Shown: positions 50,801 through 63,740 of the stretch, in pieces
Position numbering within the stretch: position 1 is the first letter of the stretch
How the letters are laid out: each line of letters begins with the position of its first letter
NCBI RefSeq assembly: GCF_024521635.1
Contig: NW_026250407.1
Coordinates: forward strand, 1,550,001 to 1,614,000
Source of the DNA: Tricharina praecox
Taxonomy: Eukaryota
Direction of reading: 5' to 3'
Length of the DNA: 64,000 nt
Notes under the pieces: generated by a model
Told to the model about the DNA's origin: nothing
The model's database searches: none
The model's input: only the letters and a program-made list of their open reading frames with translations
Program-made: the position numbers and the translations under genes

Positions 50801-52791
50801 GGTTCGCTATAACAGCCTTGATGTATGTGGGCCCGCGCTGACAACTACCGGTTAGATATGCCCTGCTCTTCTCCACTCGTATACGTAGCGACGCAGATTC
50901 TCGACGGTGCAGAACGAACATCAAGTACTCATCTTGTTTTTGGCAGAGCTGAGCTGAGCAACGATCGATGATCATCGATCCTAACTTCCCAAGTGAGCGA
51001 AGCCATCGAGTCGACTGTCGTCCGGTTCCGGCGAATGATGAATCCCGCCGGTCCGAATGCAACCGCGTTCGTCCGTCCAGTACGGAAGGTCCTATACTCC
51101 CTATAGTTAGTAGTTACTCGCTTCCATCGCGAATCCATAGTCTACCATAGTAGTTCCAACCACGAAGAGATCATTAGATTCGTTACTAGTATAGTAGTTA
51201 GCACCCAAACCGATGATCGAGCTGCCAGCCTCGCGCGAACCCCCCCCCAAAACACTCCCACGTTTCCGGGAAGTGAGTGCATATGACATCTGCACCGCCC
51301 GCGTAATCGTATGTGCGGAACGAATGCGCAAACACAGATACCGATGTTCCGCAGCCACTCTGCGGAGCGGGATAGGCGAGGACAGCACAGGGTCTGGGTA
51401 AAACTGCCATCAAACCCACCGGGTGCACGATCGAGTCGCGCGTATAGTGCGGTAGACACCCATGCCTCGGCAGCAGCAGCAGTAGTGTTAACTAGAGTGC
51501 CAATCAGCACTGGCTGGGACTCTGGAAGAACAATCCAAAACATGCGGCACATACCACACACCAAACCTTAAATGTTTGGGGGCGGCGTTTACGCTTGCGA
51601 TGTCTGTCTGTGTGTGTGTGTGTTGGGGGGGGGGGGGGGGTGCGCACTTGCCCGCAACGAGTCCGGATGATCTCCCGGGCTTACTAGGCCGTGGGGTTGG
51701 GAACTTGAGGTTCGGAGGATCCCGGACTGCTGGGGGGGCCGTATCGGCATCGCCCGGTGCTGCGAGTCCGGAGTCGGGAGCCGGGCCCACATCGTGTCCG
51801 TCCGTCTCCGGATATGACCCGAGCCGTGGCTCGTGGGTGTCGTGCCGTCCATGCGTGCGAGGATGCCGTTACCCCGGCTTTTGTGGGGGACGGGGCATGG
51901 CAGTATGAAACTTGTAGTCTATAGGCGTGATGGACGGACGTTTCGACACCGCGGGAGCGGGAGCTGGCGTCGCGAGGTCGTGAGGTCGTGCGGATACGGG
52001 CAGCCGCCGTAATACTAGTTAGTCGGACGTAAACACCAGAGGTGTGGTAAGAGCGTGGTAATCGATTCCTCACCTCGGTCCTCCAGTACATACGGCTCCT
52101 TGCACGGGCCGAGCGAGGTTGGTTCGTTGCGACCAGGTGGACCGTGGGATCGGAATGGAGTGTACCGATTTGGCAGACGGCTCCTTGCCAATGCCTCTTC
52201 AGGCCTGAGTATAAAGGAAGCGCACACAGATGAGAGAGAGGAGATGGGGGGGGGGGGTTAACCGTCTATTCGGTAGACGATGATCATGAAAAAAGAGGAT
52301 GAAGAAGCAGAAGACCCTACCATGCCCGCCAACGTTGATGCCCACTACTAACCACATTCAGTTTCTCTCGCCGACAGGAGTCCTCCTTCACTTCCTCCTC
52401 TCGCCGACAGCATCTCTCGCTCCGCCAGGGGGTGGGATCGAAGTAGAGTGTACCCTGATGCGAGGGAGGATTGCAAACACTCATTTGCACATGGCAGCCT
52501 TGGTCACCGCAGATTCTGGCATCGGTGGAGGCTGGAAGAGATCGCCGCGAGTGAACCGAGACGGAATTCCATCACCAGATCTCACTTGTCCAGCCCCACT
52601 TTTTTCCCAGATGATGTCAAAAGCGATATAAATTCCCCAGAGCACTGCGACAACGATAAACAAACAGCAAAGACTTCAAACATCCCCCACGCCACCCCGT
52701 AGACCGAAGCAGACAAAAATTCCAAAAAACTCCATATCCCCCCCTTTCACCCTCACCTCCTCACTCCCACCCCAGTGACCCCTACACACAC

Positions 52792-53249
52792 TCAGTAACT
52801 TAACTCCTCCTCAAAGTCCATCACCGCCACATCCTCGTCCTTGATCCACTTCTCGCCCGCCTTCAAGAACTCCATGTGCGTTCTGTCGGCCTCCATGTAA
52901 TAGTCCCGATCGGCGACGGACTTGAACTTGAACACGAACGCGTGTGTGAAGCCTTTTTGGTACTGCTTACCGGATTAGCTCGTGTGCGGAAAAGGGGAGA
53001 ATGATAGGGCAAACGAACGGGGAACTTCGCGTTGCTCCGGTCTCGGCCGCCGGTGATGCTGAGGATGTACGACTCCCCCGACGGAAGGCGGCAGGCGGAT
53101 TTCAGTGAGAGGACGCCGTCGCAGAGCTGCGGGATATTATGTTAGTGAGGGCTCGGAGAATCCATATCGAGAATGAAACTTACTGCTTTTTCCTCGGCTG
53201 GGGTGATGGAGGACGGGACTCGGAAGAAGATGATGTGGATGATGGCCAT
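52792..53249 (-). CDS. Stress-responsive A/B barrel (Dabb) domain protein, 3 exons, 114 aa; missed by the ORF track
   Basis: Exons 53249-53184, 53126-53019 and 52962-52792 splice to MAIIHIIFFRV...YILSITGGRDRS...KGFTHAFVFKFKSVADRDYYMEADRTHMEF...VMDFEE, a typical Dabb pattern. Confidence 0.92.
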
Positions 53250-53864
53250 TGTTGCAAAGTTGAGTTGTTCTGGACGCTGGATGGTAATTGGAGCTTGGGT
53301 TCGAGTCGGTTGGAGGTTGGAGTTGCTGAGTGATGTTCGAGTGCTGCTGCTGTGATCTGTAAAGTAGTCTGGGGAAAGGGAAATGGGCGAGATTTATATG
53401 TGCATCATACTGCCTCTTGAGCGTCCGTGTTTCGCAGCTCACGCTTGTCCCGGACATACAGAGTTACGTGCGGAACATTGCTTGAACTGGAGCACTAACT
53501 GCAGTTACGGCTCCTGCTAGCTACGTCTGTCCTTGGTAATGGGATCTTTGACCTCCTCGACCATACCGAATTGTAACAAGTGTATGTGTGTGGGATGTCT
53601 GGTGTTCATACGGCAGCTTTTGTGCACGCTTGTCTCCCCTTCCTGCTTATCCGGAACTTGCTTCCGTCGCCTTTTTTTTTGACGATAGAAGTTTGAATCT
53701 TGCCTGCCAGTCAATACCCAATCGTATCACCGGTTATCTGCATACGGTGGTGAATAAAACACCGTCTCAGCAGCAGCCTCTCCTTCTTCTTCTTCCGCAC
53801 CCTTCTTCTTCGCCGAGGGAATCATCCGCGCAAAAAAACCTCGGACAAAGCCGTCGACCGGTGC

Positions 53865-55200
53865 AGGACTTGGAACAATCTCCGACCAGCTCACGTCCGG
53901 TGCGCACGGAGATCTCCACATCCCCCGCGCACCTGTCTCGCGATGAAGATTTAGCGTCGGACGATCACTCGGATATTGAGTCGCCTAACTGGAGCAACGG
54001 AGGCTAACTACAATTTTGCGGAGAGACACATGGTTCTTGACTAGCTTCCGCGTTTTCCCCAAGCCTCCTCTCGCTTGTGTGCTCGGCGCCGTGCGACGTG
54101 AGCAGACGCGCTGGATCACAGGTCAAACGCGGGTGGCTTTTTGCACTCGCGTGCCGAATCCGTAGGCGTAGAGTAAAGCAGAGTATCGATAACAAAGGTG
54201 CGTGCGTGCGTGGGGCTTCGGTCATGGCGTTCGGAGGCTGCGCGAGATGGGAATGGGACGCCGAAGCGGCCACGCCGAGTGTACTAGTCGCTCCGGTGCC
54301 GAGCCGGCGATGGACCTTCAACCGCGCAAACGCAGTGCAGCCGCAACGCGGGGCGCCGGTACTAGGGGCGATTCCTAGGGTGTCGGTCGCACCCACCGGC
54401 TATAGAGGGCGTTCAGGATGGGTTGTCCAGCTGTCAAAGCCGAGCAAGTCTATTAGCACCGGAGGTGCTCGCGAAGAAGAGCACGGTTGCTAGCAGACGG
54501 ACCGCCTCTCGGGACCGGCTGCGCCCAACCAAAGCGGGGCACCAATGAAACGTCCGGGGAAACATGCAAAGCGCCACGGGGTTGGACTACGTTGGTTGCC
54601 TGCGCTTTAGGTTTGACGTGCGCTACTTTAGTTGGCCACCATAGACTGCTCAGCCATAGTTCCCGAGGCCATTCACGCAGCCCAGTGCCCACCCCTCAGG
54701 TCTCCGCTATGCTTGTCGCTCATGCATGTTGGATCGTTTTGCTGACTGGAGTCTGGAGTCTGGAGGTCGAGGTAATTGATGCGATTCAACAATCCCATCT
54801 CGTTTCTTAGGCGATGTGTATAGATTTTGAGTGCCCAGCTGGCAGCCTCCACGGCACGGGGAATTAACGCCTCCCCACGGCTTCGACGATGATCGATCTT
54901 CAACTCTTGCCATTCTCCGAAACTTCGACGGTAACTCAGAACCACCCCTTCCCGATCGTCACGAACTGGTTCAGACAATCCCTTAAAGCGGCACCGTATT
55001 CAAGTATGCGGAACAATTCCCGACTCAATTCTGCACCTGTCTCGCGATCAGACTTTGGTTAGCACCGGACGGACGACTCACGAGCGCTTGGATATTGATC
55101 GCCTAGCGAACGGAGAGACACCTGGTTCTTCACTAGCTTCCGCTCGTGCCTAGACTTGGGCTCGCTTGCTGTCTGGCGGTCGTGCGACGTGAGCTGAGCT
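53865..55200. repeat. Diverged direct repeat pair of about 200-250 bp (53865-54110 and 55005-55200)
   Basis: Shared gcacctgtctcgcgat, ggatattga.tcgccta, cggagagacac.tggttctt.actagcttccgc and cgtgcgacgtgagc. Confidence 0.75.
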
Positions 55201-55399
55201 CAGCTGGGGGTGCGCACGTCTCTTGAGCGTGGACGCGGACGCGGCGGCGGCGGCGGTGGGAGTGCTGTTATGTAGAGTACGTGCAGTGTGTATTCTCTGT
55301 TGTTGCGTGGACGCGGATAGTGAGGGGGGAAGGAGTCGGGAGAGGGAAGGAGTCGGGAGAGGGAAGGAGTCGGCAGAGGGAAGAAGTCGGGACCAGGGG

Positions 55400-55403
55400 A
55401 TGT

Positions 55404-55455
<52 letters not shown>
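55400..55455. repeat. (TG)n microsatellite followed by a long poly-G tract; similar tract at about 51605-51640
   Basis: Directly visible. Confidence 0.9.
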
Positions 55456-55457
<2 letters not shown>

Positions 55458-56289
55458 GACTTAGGAGCAAGTTCGGTGCCGATCGGGGTAGAGTAGAAAA
55501 GGTTTATTTGATGGTTTTGAACGACTTACGAGGAAGCTTGCGATTGGCGTCTATCGGGTATGTATCCTACTCTGCTCCCTCACAATTCAACTTCCTGTCA
55601 CAGGATGTATCAGTAACATCTTTCCTCATCTCATTTATTGCTTCCCAGAAGCGGCGTTGACTCGAGAGTCGAGAATCGAGCCCTTGAGAGGCTGAAAGTT
55701 CTTTTGCGGAATTATGAACTTCCGGTCTCAGATGCTATTGCTGGGCCCATCACAAGGTGAGTATTCCTATCTATAATCGCTAGATAGTAGACCTTTGGAT
55801 CTCGCCCTCATCCTTCGGTGACAACCTGATCGAAGTACTTACCCGGAGAATATCGGGATTGATTCTAGGAGTACTTCTGTACGAATGAACCTCCGCGAAG
55901 GCACGTGACTCACTTCGCTGAAGAAATTCAGTCTGGTGTTCTTCAAGAGATTATCTGCAGGATTGATTTCATTTAAACCCTATGATACATGATATTCGTC
56001 ACCAGTGACGATCTTGTACCATTCATGCTGGGCTGAAAAACCATGAGTTCATGACCGACTAGGTAGCTAGAAAAAAAACAAGCACAGGCATAGGACCTAG
56101 GTAATCAATGTGCAATTATCGGTCAGGCCGAAAGGGCCGGAAACTAGAGTATCGCTTCCAGACAACGCTCAGCTCAACCAGTGCAGCTGTTCTCTCGCAT
56201 TCCCGCCGCTTTCCAACCCGCGCCACACTACCAGTATTCCCGACGCCGTCTGGTCAGTAGTCATTCTCGTCTCGCCGCGTTTCTGCCAG

Positions 56290-56562
56290 TTAGTAGCTCC
56301 ATGATTGGCGCTTCAAGTCCCTCCATATGCAAACCTTTAAGCAGTGGGGGTTTATGCAAGTTCTCGTCATCTTCGGGTTGGTCGTCCCGCAGGATGGACA
56401 TTTCCATCTGTACACGGGTGTTGCGGGTTTGGGGGCGGTTCCATTCGTGTCCATGTTTTTGTTTCGGGTGCCACTGGTCGCAGTGGTCGGAGATGTGGGT
56501 GTAGATACCGAGGTATGGTAAAAGCAAAGGAAGATTTTCAGAAAGCTATGTATGCTAGGCAT
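56290..56562 (-). CDS. Small hypothetical protein with a RanBP2-like zinc-finger motif
   Basis: WKCPSCGTTNPKMTRTCINPHC resembles WxCx2Cx3Nx6Cx2C, except the last spacing is x4. Start is uncertain (possibly the internal MDTNG). Confidence 0.45.
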   Translation of the reverse strand: MPSIHSFLKIFLCFYHTSVSTPTSPTTATSGTRNKNMDTNGTAPKPATPVYRWKCPSCGTTNPKMTRTCINPHCLKVCIWRDLKRQSWSY

Positions 56563-57526
56563 GCGAGTCGAGTATGATTTTGGACGGAAGAGGTTGTTGT
56601 TTTGCAGCAGCAGCGGTGGTCACATCAGACAGAAGATATAGCCATAGCTACATCAGAGATTTACAATAGCATTCACCTTGGTAGCAATTAAAAAGTTCAG
56701 GTTCAACTTGCTATGCGACTGACTGACTGAGTGCGAGTGATAATCATCGAGGCGGCGGCGTAGAGATAGCATATGAATTCCATAGTCCTGCGTTCTATTA
56801 GGGCCTCTGCCAATCCTTTCAGTAGAATTGATCATGTCCTCATACCGCGTATCCCACTCTCCGATCAGAGTTCTATATCATTGCTGCGGGGAAATTTCGA
56901 CCAGAAAATTGTTCAAGGAGACTTAATATGTCGCCTATATGTGCACGCTGGTATCAATAGGCGTAGCACCATTGTAAGCCAATAGGCTTTATCGTAGCAT
57001 AGGAGGATCTTATGGAGTGAAGGTGCCGACGATAGATGGGGAGCGATGCACATACTATAGATCGTAATGTACCAATGCTTCATGAGTGTCCCGGGGGTGG
57101 CTATGCGAGTTTCTCCCAACTCCCGAGGGTAGGGCTGCGTGAACGATGCAAAGGGGAGGATAATTTTCTGTTAAGTATCTACTCTCTCTGTTGGTGGAAG
57201 GGGCACACCCCAAATAGGAATTTATCAACCTTCAAAATTCGGATGTGGTTCTGAGGTCACAGGCGGGGAGCTCGCAAATCCTATCTCGATCATCTTATCT
57301 TCAACGAAGCACGCTCTACTCACAGCCTAGTGTACTCACATATGACGCCATGCGGCTCTGCCATCGGCTTTCCTCATGTCCCATCGTTTTCTACCTTGTC
57401 GCGTCTTCCCTGTGCCTGTCACTCAACCCCACATCAGACTTCGCGACTCCGACGATTCTCCCTGCGACAAAAAAACACTCAATTCCCTCCCACCACCCCT
57501 CCAACTCACCTCCTCCCGCTGCTTAG

Positions 57527-58250
57527 ATGTCCGTGCTCTCGACCATTTGCCGCGGCTTCGCAGCTAGCAAGACTCGCCTCGCCGGCATTACCAGCGGCAA
57601 TGGCCGCTTGATCGGCGGCACCACCGGCGGAACAATCCTCAAGGCCGTCGCTCTGCGCGGTGTCTACAACTTCCCTCACCACCAGGAGCCGATCCGCCGG
57701 TTTTCAGCCGCCTCGGTTTTCTGCGAAGAGGTGAAGGAGTCGGCGCTCGAATACGATCGCATCGCCAGGTCGACACTCGAGAGCTTGAGCGAAGCGCTCG
57801 ATGGTCTCGCCGAGGCGCAGGAGGGATACGATCTTGAGTATTCCGTGAGTCCACTTCCCTTCCTCCACTAATCTTTCCTTCGTGCCCATCTCATCCTTTT
57901 GTCGCATTTCCCACTTCTCCACCATTGTATCCCTTCCTTTCCTAATTGTCCTTCTTTTTACTACCTAGTGCGGCCATCCCTGGTCTAGTTCCTCGTGCTT
58001 ACTTCATGTTACTGATCGCTTTGCCCACAACCAGGCCGGCGTGATGTCCTTCAGCTCGCCCAAGGGCGTCTTCGTCATCAACAAGCAGCCGCCTAACAGG
58101 CAGATCTGGCTCTCGTCGCCCGTCTCCGGCCCACTACAGTTCCGTTACGACCGCGGTATCAATGCCTGGGTTGACATCCGCGGCTCCGGTAAGACGCTCG
58201 CCTCGGTCATGAAGGAGGAGTTGGGTATTCAATTCGAAGTCTACGCCTAG
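57527..58250 (+). CDS. YFH1: Frataxin homolog, mitochondrial; 2 exons
   Basis: Basic N-terminal presequence; EYDRIARSTLESLSEALD...YDLEYS, then intron 57845-58034, then AGVMSFSSPKGVFVINKQPPNRQIWLSSPVSGP. Confidence 0.95.
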
Positions 58251-59111
58251 CCTTAACAGCTGGAATTTCGATACGCCAATGCTCGAGTTGTTTTCGACTG
58301 CGATACCTTTTCTTTTTCTTTTCGTGCTCGAATAAAAAGAACATGGACGGACGGGCGTTGTGGAGTGCATTTTTCTCTTTCTTCACGATTGTTTTTTCTT
58401 CTCATTTTCTGTTGTTTGAACTTGGTGGAGCATGATCTGGGGGGCTTTTTACATCATTTGACTGGAGGGATGCGGGGCATCAAGGCGTTTGAAAGTTGCA
58501 CTTCGGTCTTCCATCGGTGTAGACCCATTCAAAGCTTGTGTTTGTGCTATAACCCGCCAACCTGGTACTCATATACCTACCTCGACTCCGGATTCCAGAC
58601 CGCGCTGCTCATAAATAGCTCACGCATCTACAATCCAGTGCTAGCACGCTCTTATACAATCATACTACGACTGCCAACTATCCCCCCTCCCTCCCCCGGA
58701 GTCCTCGGAGCGCCTGGCATCGTGACGTTTCCGCTCCGTCGTCTACGCCATGCTGCGATCCAGTAATATACCGTCCGGCTTGGTGTGCTTCGCCATGACG
58801 GGCTGAGCGCCCCGGCATCCTGCGACACTCCCGAACCAGGCTCCCCGTTCACATCCGATTTCGATCCCGGACTGCAATCAATTTACTCATTAAGAAGCAG
58901 TACCACGCGCCCAAGCAGTGTCATATCACCACTCGTTTAGGTCACACTCCCGAAGAGGCTGGTTTGCCATGGCAAAACATCCCCAAGACCTCACTCGATC
59001 AGATTCGCAAGGTGAACAAACAGCATAGAATTATGATCACACCCGACTACTTTTTTTAACTATGTCTTGTTCGCCGTCGGTGCCAGAAACACAACAGAGA
59101 GAGAAGATTGA

Positions 59112-61189
59112 TTAGTTCTCGTGGTCTTCGATGTAATCACCGTCGTCCATGTTGCCGTCGGCCAAGGCCAACCGGGCCTGCTGCTGCTGCTCAAGCCTCT
59201 GCAGGATCCAGCCCCAGCCGATGGCCAATCCAGCATCCCAACTATTGAATTCCGTTATCTGGATGTGGATCTCCCTCTCCTTGGCGAAGATGGCGGTCGG
59301 GTCGAGGTAGCTGTAGTTCGTACGCTCTTCGCTGATTCTGCGCGCGTGGGCGAACCGCAGCTCGGCGAGGGTCTTCTTGGCACGGCCGTGACGTTCGATC
59401 TGGCGGGGATGTGAGCGAATACCGGTGCAAGAGAGAGGGAACTTACCAGCCACGGGATGTCGTTGTTCCAGTCGTTGACCGACCAAGCCATGATGTTGAG
59501 CTGGGGGTGGTAAATCATCTCGGTGGGAGGAACATCATAGGTACTCGGGTCAATCCAGTCCTGGAGATTCTCATAGTAACCATCTGTGAGAGCGGGCGTC
59601 TGGTTGGAGTGAAGACCATCATCCGACGTAGCTCCAGGGTCATCGCTGATGTCGGCCGATTCATCGTAGGCTTCATTTTCTGGACGGAGCGAATACGCGC
59701 CGTGAAGTTGAGGATCAAACATTGCGGATTTCTTGAATAGATCTTCGGCTGGGCCAACCAAGTTGGAGATGGGCGGATAGGAGGGGGTTCTTGAGGCCGA
59801 CATCTCAATCTCATCGCGGGCTGGCTCTGGCTGGACAGCAGGCTCTGTCTCTTCGGTATCTGGCCTGGCCGTCTTGAGATCCCCAGCAGGAATCCGCAGG
59901 TTGGAGGAAGACGGATGTCCGGCCGACATGGCTAGTTGCGCAAAATTGATGATAGGATTGATTTCGGCAATCTGCTTAGAGCTGTTAGTGGCCGCAGAAA
60001 TTTTCGAGTGATTTTCATGCTCAGCTCCCATTTCAGAACTGGGAGCGACACCCACAAAACTGTTGTTAGCAGCAGAAAGCGAGGAAACAGCACTCACTTC
60101 ATCATCTGTAGGCTCTAAGCTAAAGACCTTGCCCTTGTCGATGACCTTCTTGGCTGCATGATTGGCTGGCTTCGCTTTGAGGCCGGTACCCACGACAGGG
60201 GAAATCTTGAACCGAAAGCGACCGTTCTGCGTGGCTAAACCTTCGATACTGGGACCGGCGGGCGGCACAAATGCAGGTCCTTTAGAAGCAGTAGACAGCG
60301 AAAGTGCAGGTCCCTTAGTCGGTGAGAGACTAGGGCCTTGAATAGATCCGAAGGAAGGCCCGTCGACACCGGTGGCAGCACCGAAGGCAGCACCGAAGGA
60401 AGGCCCAATGACAGCGGTGGAAGCAGCGAAGGAAGGCCCGATGACACCGGTGGCAGCACCGAAGGCAGCACTGAAGGAAGGCCCATCGACACCGGCGGCT
60501 GCAGCGAAGGTAGGCCCGTCGAAATCAGTGGCAGCGGCAAGAACTGGGAACTTTTGTTGAGGGACGGTAAATGCTAAAGGCTCTACTATCTTCGTAGCAA
60601 CCTGCTTGTCGGCAGCATCCTTCGGGCCCACATCAACAATCGAACGTTTACCTAGGTAGGATAGGTGAAACATACCTTCGGAGGCACCTCCACTGCCGCC
60701 TGTTTGGCTTGAACGGGACGATCGGAAACGAGCTGCAGATTAACCGAGATATTCCGCATTCGTCGCTGTTGATGCATTGGTTTCTGATGATGCATTGGTT
60801 TCTGATGATGCATTGGTTTCTGTTGATGCATTGGTTTCTGTTGAGGTGGAAGAGCAACAACATCCTGGGTATAGTTTTGAAGCTATTCCGCAAATCAGCA
60901 ATGACGGTAGGGATCGGGGAGGGTCGAAATTTCCCTCACCGTGGCTGCAAAACCATCGAATTCGTAGTCTGGGTCATAGGTGGATGGACTCGGCGTGGCT
61001 GTAGTTTTCGAGACAGAGTGGCCTGTTTCTGGTGACGTGAGGGAAGAAGATAGGTTTTGAAACTATCACCCGTGTCAGGAAAACAAAGGAACTGAGAATC
61101 AGTAACAGAGCTCAAACCGTAGCGACAAAGCGTTCGAACTCGCCATCACGGTCCGGCTCGGAATCGGCCATCCTGATGGAGGTGCCCAT
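59112..61189 (-). CDS. Hypothetical low-complexity protein of about 620 aa, 5 exons, with internal repeats
   Basis: Exons 61189-61118, 61062-60940, 60882-60676, 60619-59447 and 59399-59112 all join in phase 0 without stops; QKPMH(Q/H) and GPSF.AA repeats. Confidence 0.7.
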
Positions 61190-62419
61190 CTTGGATGGAG
61201 GGCGGAAGGGAGGGGCGGTAGTGGGTCGAATCGATCAATCTCGACCTCCAAAGTTGTTTGTGGGAAAGGAGGGATAACAGAAGAGAGGGGTGGGTTTTGA
61301 AGTGAATTCCGAAACGCTAGCCCTAATTACGGGATCGGGATATCTACAGATTGTGATCAATTCGAAGGGTTAGCGGTTTTAGAAAGACTGATCATACTCA
61401 CAAACAGCCCACTTCTCTCGCACCACCTCCGACTCAAGTGTCGCGTGAGTGGCCAGTCGTTTTACCCGATGGCGGATAACCTCACCACGGGAAACCCGTC
61501 CCGTAATTCTCTCGCAATTCCGTGCACGGGTGTTTCCACCACGCCTTCTTCCCTAAGACAGAACGGCTGTGTTTCTTTAACGAAGCACAGGTCCGAACCG
61601 AAACCGAGCTCCGCACCGGATAGACCGCATAGACTAGCTTCGTTCACGTGATGTCAAGCACTGCACCGACCACACATCACCACCGTGCCGTAAATTGCGG
61701 AGCCCGGACGTAGTGCAGTGCGGTTTCCCAGCGCAGTCCAATCAGTAGGGGTTTGGTTGCAATGCTCTTAACCAGACAAAACCGAAGTGGGAATGAGGGA
61801 TAATTGAAACGAAGCTGAAACGAGTTGAAGACGAGAAGTGAAGTGGACTCGGTGATGGTAGTGCGCATCGGTTCCGTGGCGAGATACCCAAGAACGGGTG
61901 TGGTCAAATAAAACTTTATCAATTGAAGGAGAGGTCTATGATGATGATGAGGTCGGTTATGTTTAATAGCAGACGAAGGGACCAGACGAAAAGAAAAGCA
62001 ACAATAGAAAAATTTGTCAACGTTCAACGACGGCATCGGGTCTGCCCTCCATAACACATAAGTCCCACCAGGTCCCAACAAGGTCGCTCCTCCTGAATAC
62101 AAGGTCCCAACAAGGTCTCCTCTCTCTGCTGCTCACCGATGCCTGCAAGCTGCCTCTCCCTTCGCGCCGCTTAGTAGTAGTGGATAGGTAACAGTCTACA
62201 CTGGGGCGTTCCTGATAGTGGCGACGGCGGAAATACCGTACTTCCGAAAACAGGCCGCATGCGCGAAAGTAAACGCCACGGGCTGAGATACCTAGTGATT
62301 TACCCTTCTGACGTGGTTCGTGTGCAGTGGGAAGGATGTGTCAGTAATTATCATCGAGAGACGCAACCCAAGAGAAGGACACGCGAGCCCAGGTATGCGT
62401 GACCAAGCCGGAGGGGTGC

Positions 62420-63740
62420 AACTTGATCCGGCAGCGGAATGTCAAGATATGGGAGTACGCTTCGCGGCACTAGGGCCTGGGGCCTAGGTTCTGTCGCGGC
62501 GGTAGGTGGGGGAGAATTGTGTGAGCGTTATTCTTACATAATTTATTCTCATGGTGGAACTGCACTGCGATTTATGTATCTTTGTGCGAGTTACAAACTG
62601 TAATTGCCTGTCGTAATCTAATCAACAATCTTATGTATGGATGTGCCATTTGTGACCTAAAAGGCCAACAACTAGTGTTCTCCATCGTCCGGTCCAGATG
62701 GTCAAAATGCCGGACGGTCCAAGCCTGGGACGGACGGGTCGGTCCTCATCCAACGGTGGAGGACGACCGTCCAAGTCACGTGAATATGATTTGGCTGGTT
62801 GAAAATTTCTTAGCACCGATATCCTACGCTCCACCGCGTCAGTTAATCCCTCACCGCTCCACAAGCTGTGAGAACTAGCAGTATTCCGACTGAGACGACT
62901 AAGGTGCAGCGCCCGGCCGCTTTCACAGCGCTGTATGCACAATTCCTCACTCGGCCACCCAAGGTCCACGCCCGAAATCAGGTTTTTACCTAAGGGTTGG
63001 CGGAGGACCGTCGACGGCCGTCTTGCGCTGTCCGTCTCGTCTGTCCGCTGAACGAACGCTGTCCGTCATCCTAGGCCCAGGATGGGACTCTCATGCTGAA
63101 CCGCGCAATACGTGTTCCGAACGGTGTAGACCAACCGCATGTACAACCTGATCACGCCGAATTCGGTATATCACCTCGCGTCCGATCCTCCGCTTCCGTT
63201 TCCGCTTTCAATACACACCACGCACTCGCTCGCCACCATGATAATCCTGACCTGCAGGTGCAAATACGTTAACCACCGGTGCGGCGCCGTCCGGCGGCGC
63301 AGAGGCGACTCCTCGTACCCGGACGCCGGCGAAATCATGATTCCCTGTGGGCACTGGATCTCGAGAGTGTGCTGCGCGATATGGGCCAGCAAGGTGCGCG
63401 GGGAACGCTACCCGCAGCCGCCCCGTCCCTGCGGCTGCACCAGTAGAGCGAGCGCGGCAGTCGGCCTTCCTCTGGGACCGCTTCGGATATCTGGTCGATC
63501 GCACCCTGGATAAGCCGACGAGGGAGGCGTTGGCGGACGCAAGGAGGCGGCGTAATGTCCTGCTGTGGAGGCACGATTTGCGGTACTATGGCCTTGCTAG
63601 TGGAGCCTGAAGCTGGTATGTAGGTTCTGTCGCGGCGGTAGGCGGGTGAGCACTGACAATTGCGTGGACTTCATTCTTATCTGTTCTTATGCGGGAAACA
63701 AACTGCGATTTCTTGTCCTAATCTAATCAATTATCTTACG
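62420..63740. repeat. Diverged direct duplication (about 62420-62635 and 63545-63740)
   Basis: An identical 22-mer taggttctgtcgcggcggtagg at 62486 and 63621, followed in both copies by actgcgattt and taatctaatcaa. Confidence 0.8.
63238..63610 (+). pseudogene. Small hypothetical gene or pseudogene; two overlapping frames suggest a frameshift, with a decayed paralog at about 62150-62480
   Basis: gccaccATG at 63238; the second frame ends RRRRNVLLWRHDLRYYGLASGA*, and the upstream copy reads RQRNVKIWEYASRH*GLGP. Confidence 0.4.

Noticed and set aside
53865..55200. Direct repeats as the LTRs of a small retroelement
   Set aside because: No clear TG...CA termini, PBS, TSD or gag/pol similarity between the copies.
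38758..58250. Iron/metal gene cluster (DPH3, Cys-rich protein, frataxin)
   Set aside because: Frataxin lies about 18 kb away with unrelated genes between; likely coincidence.
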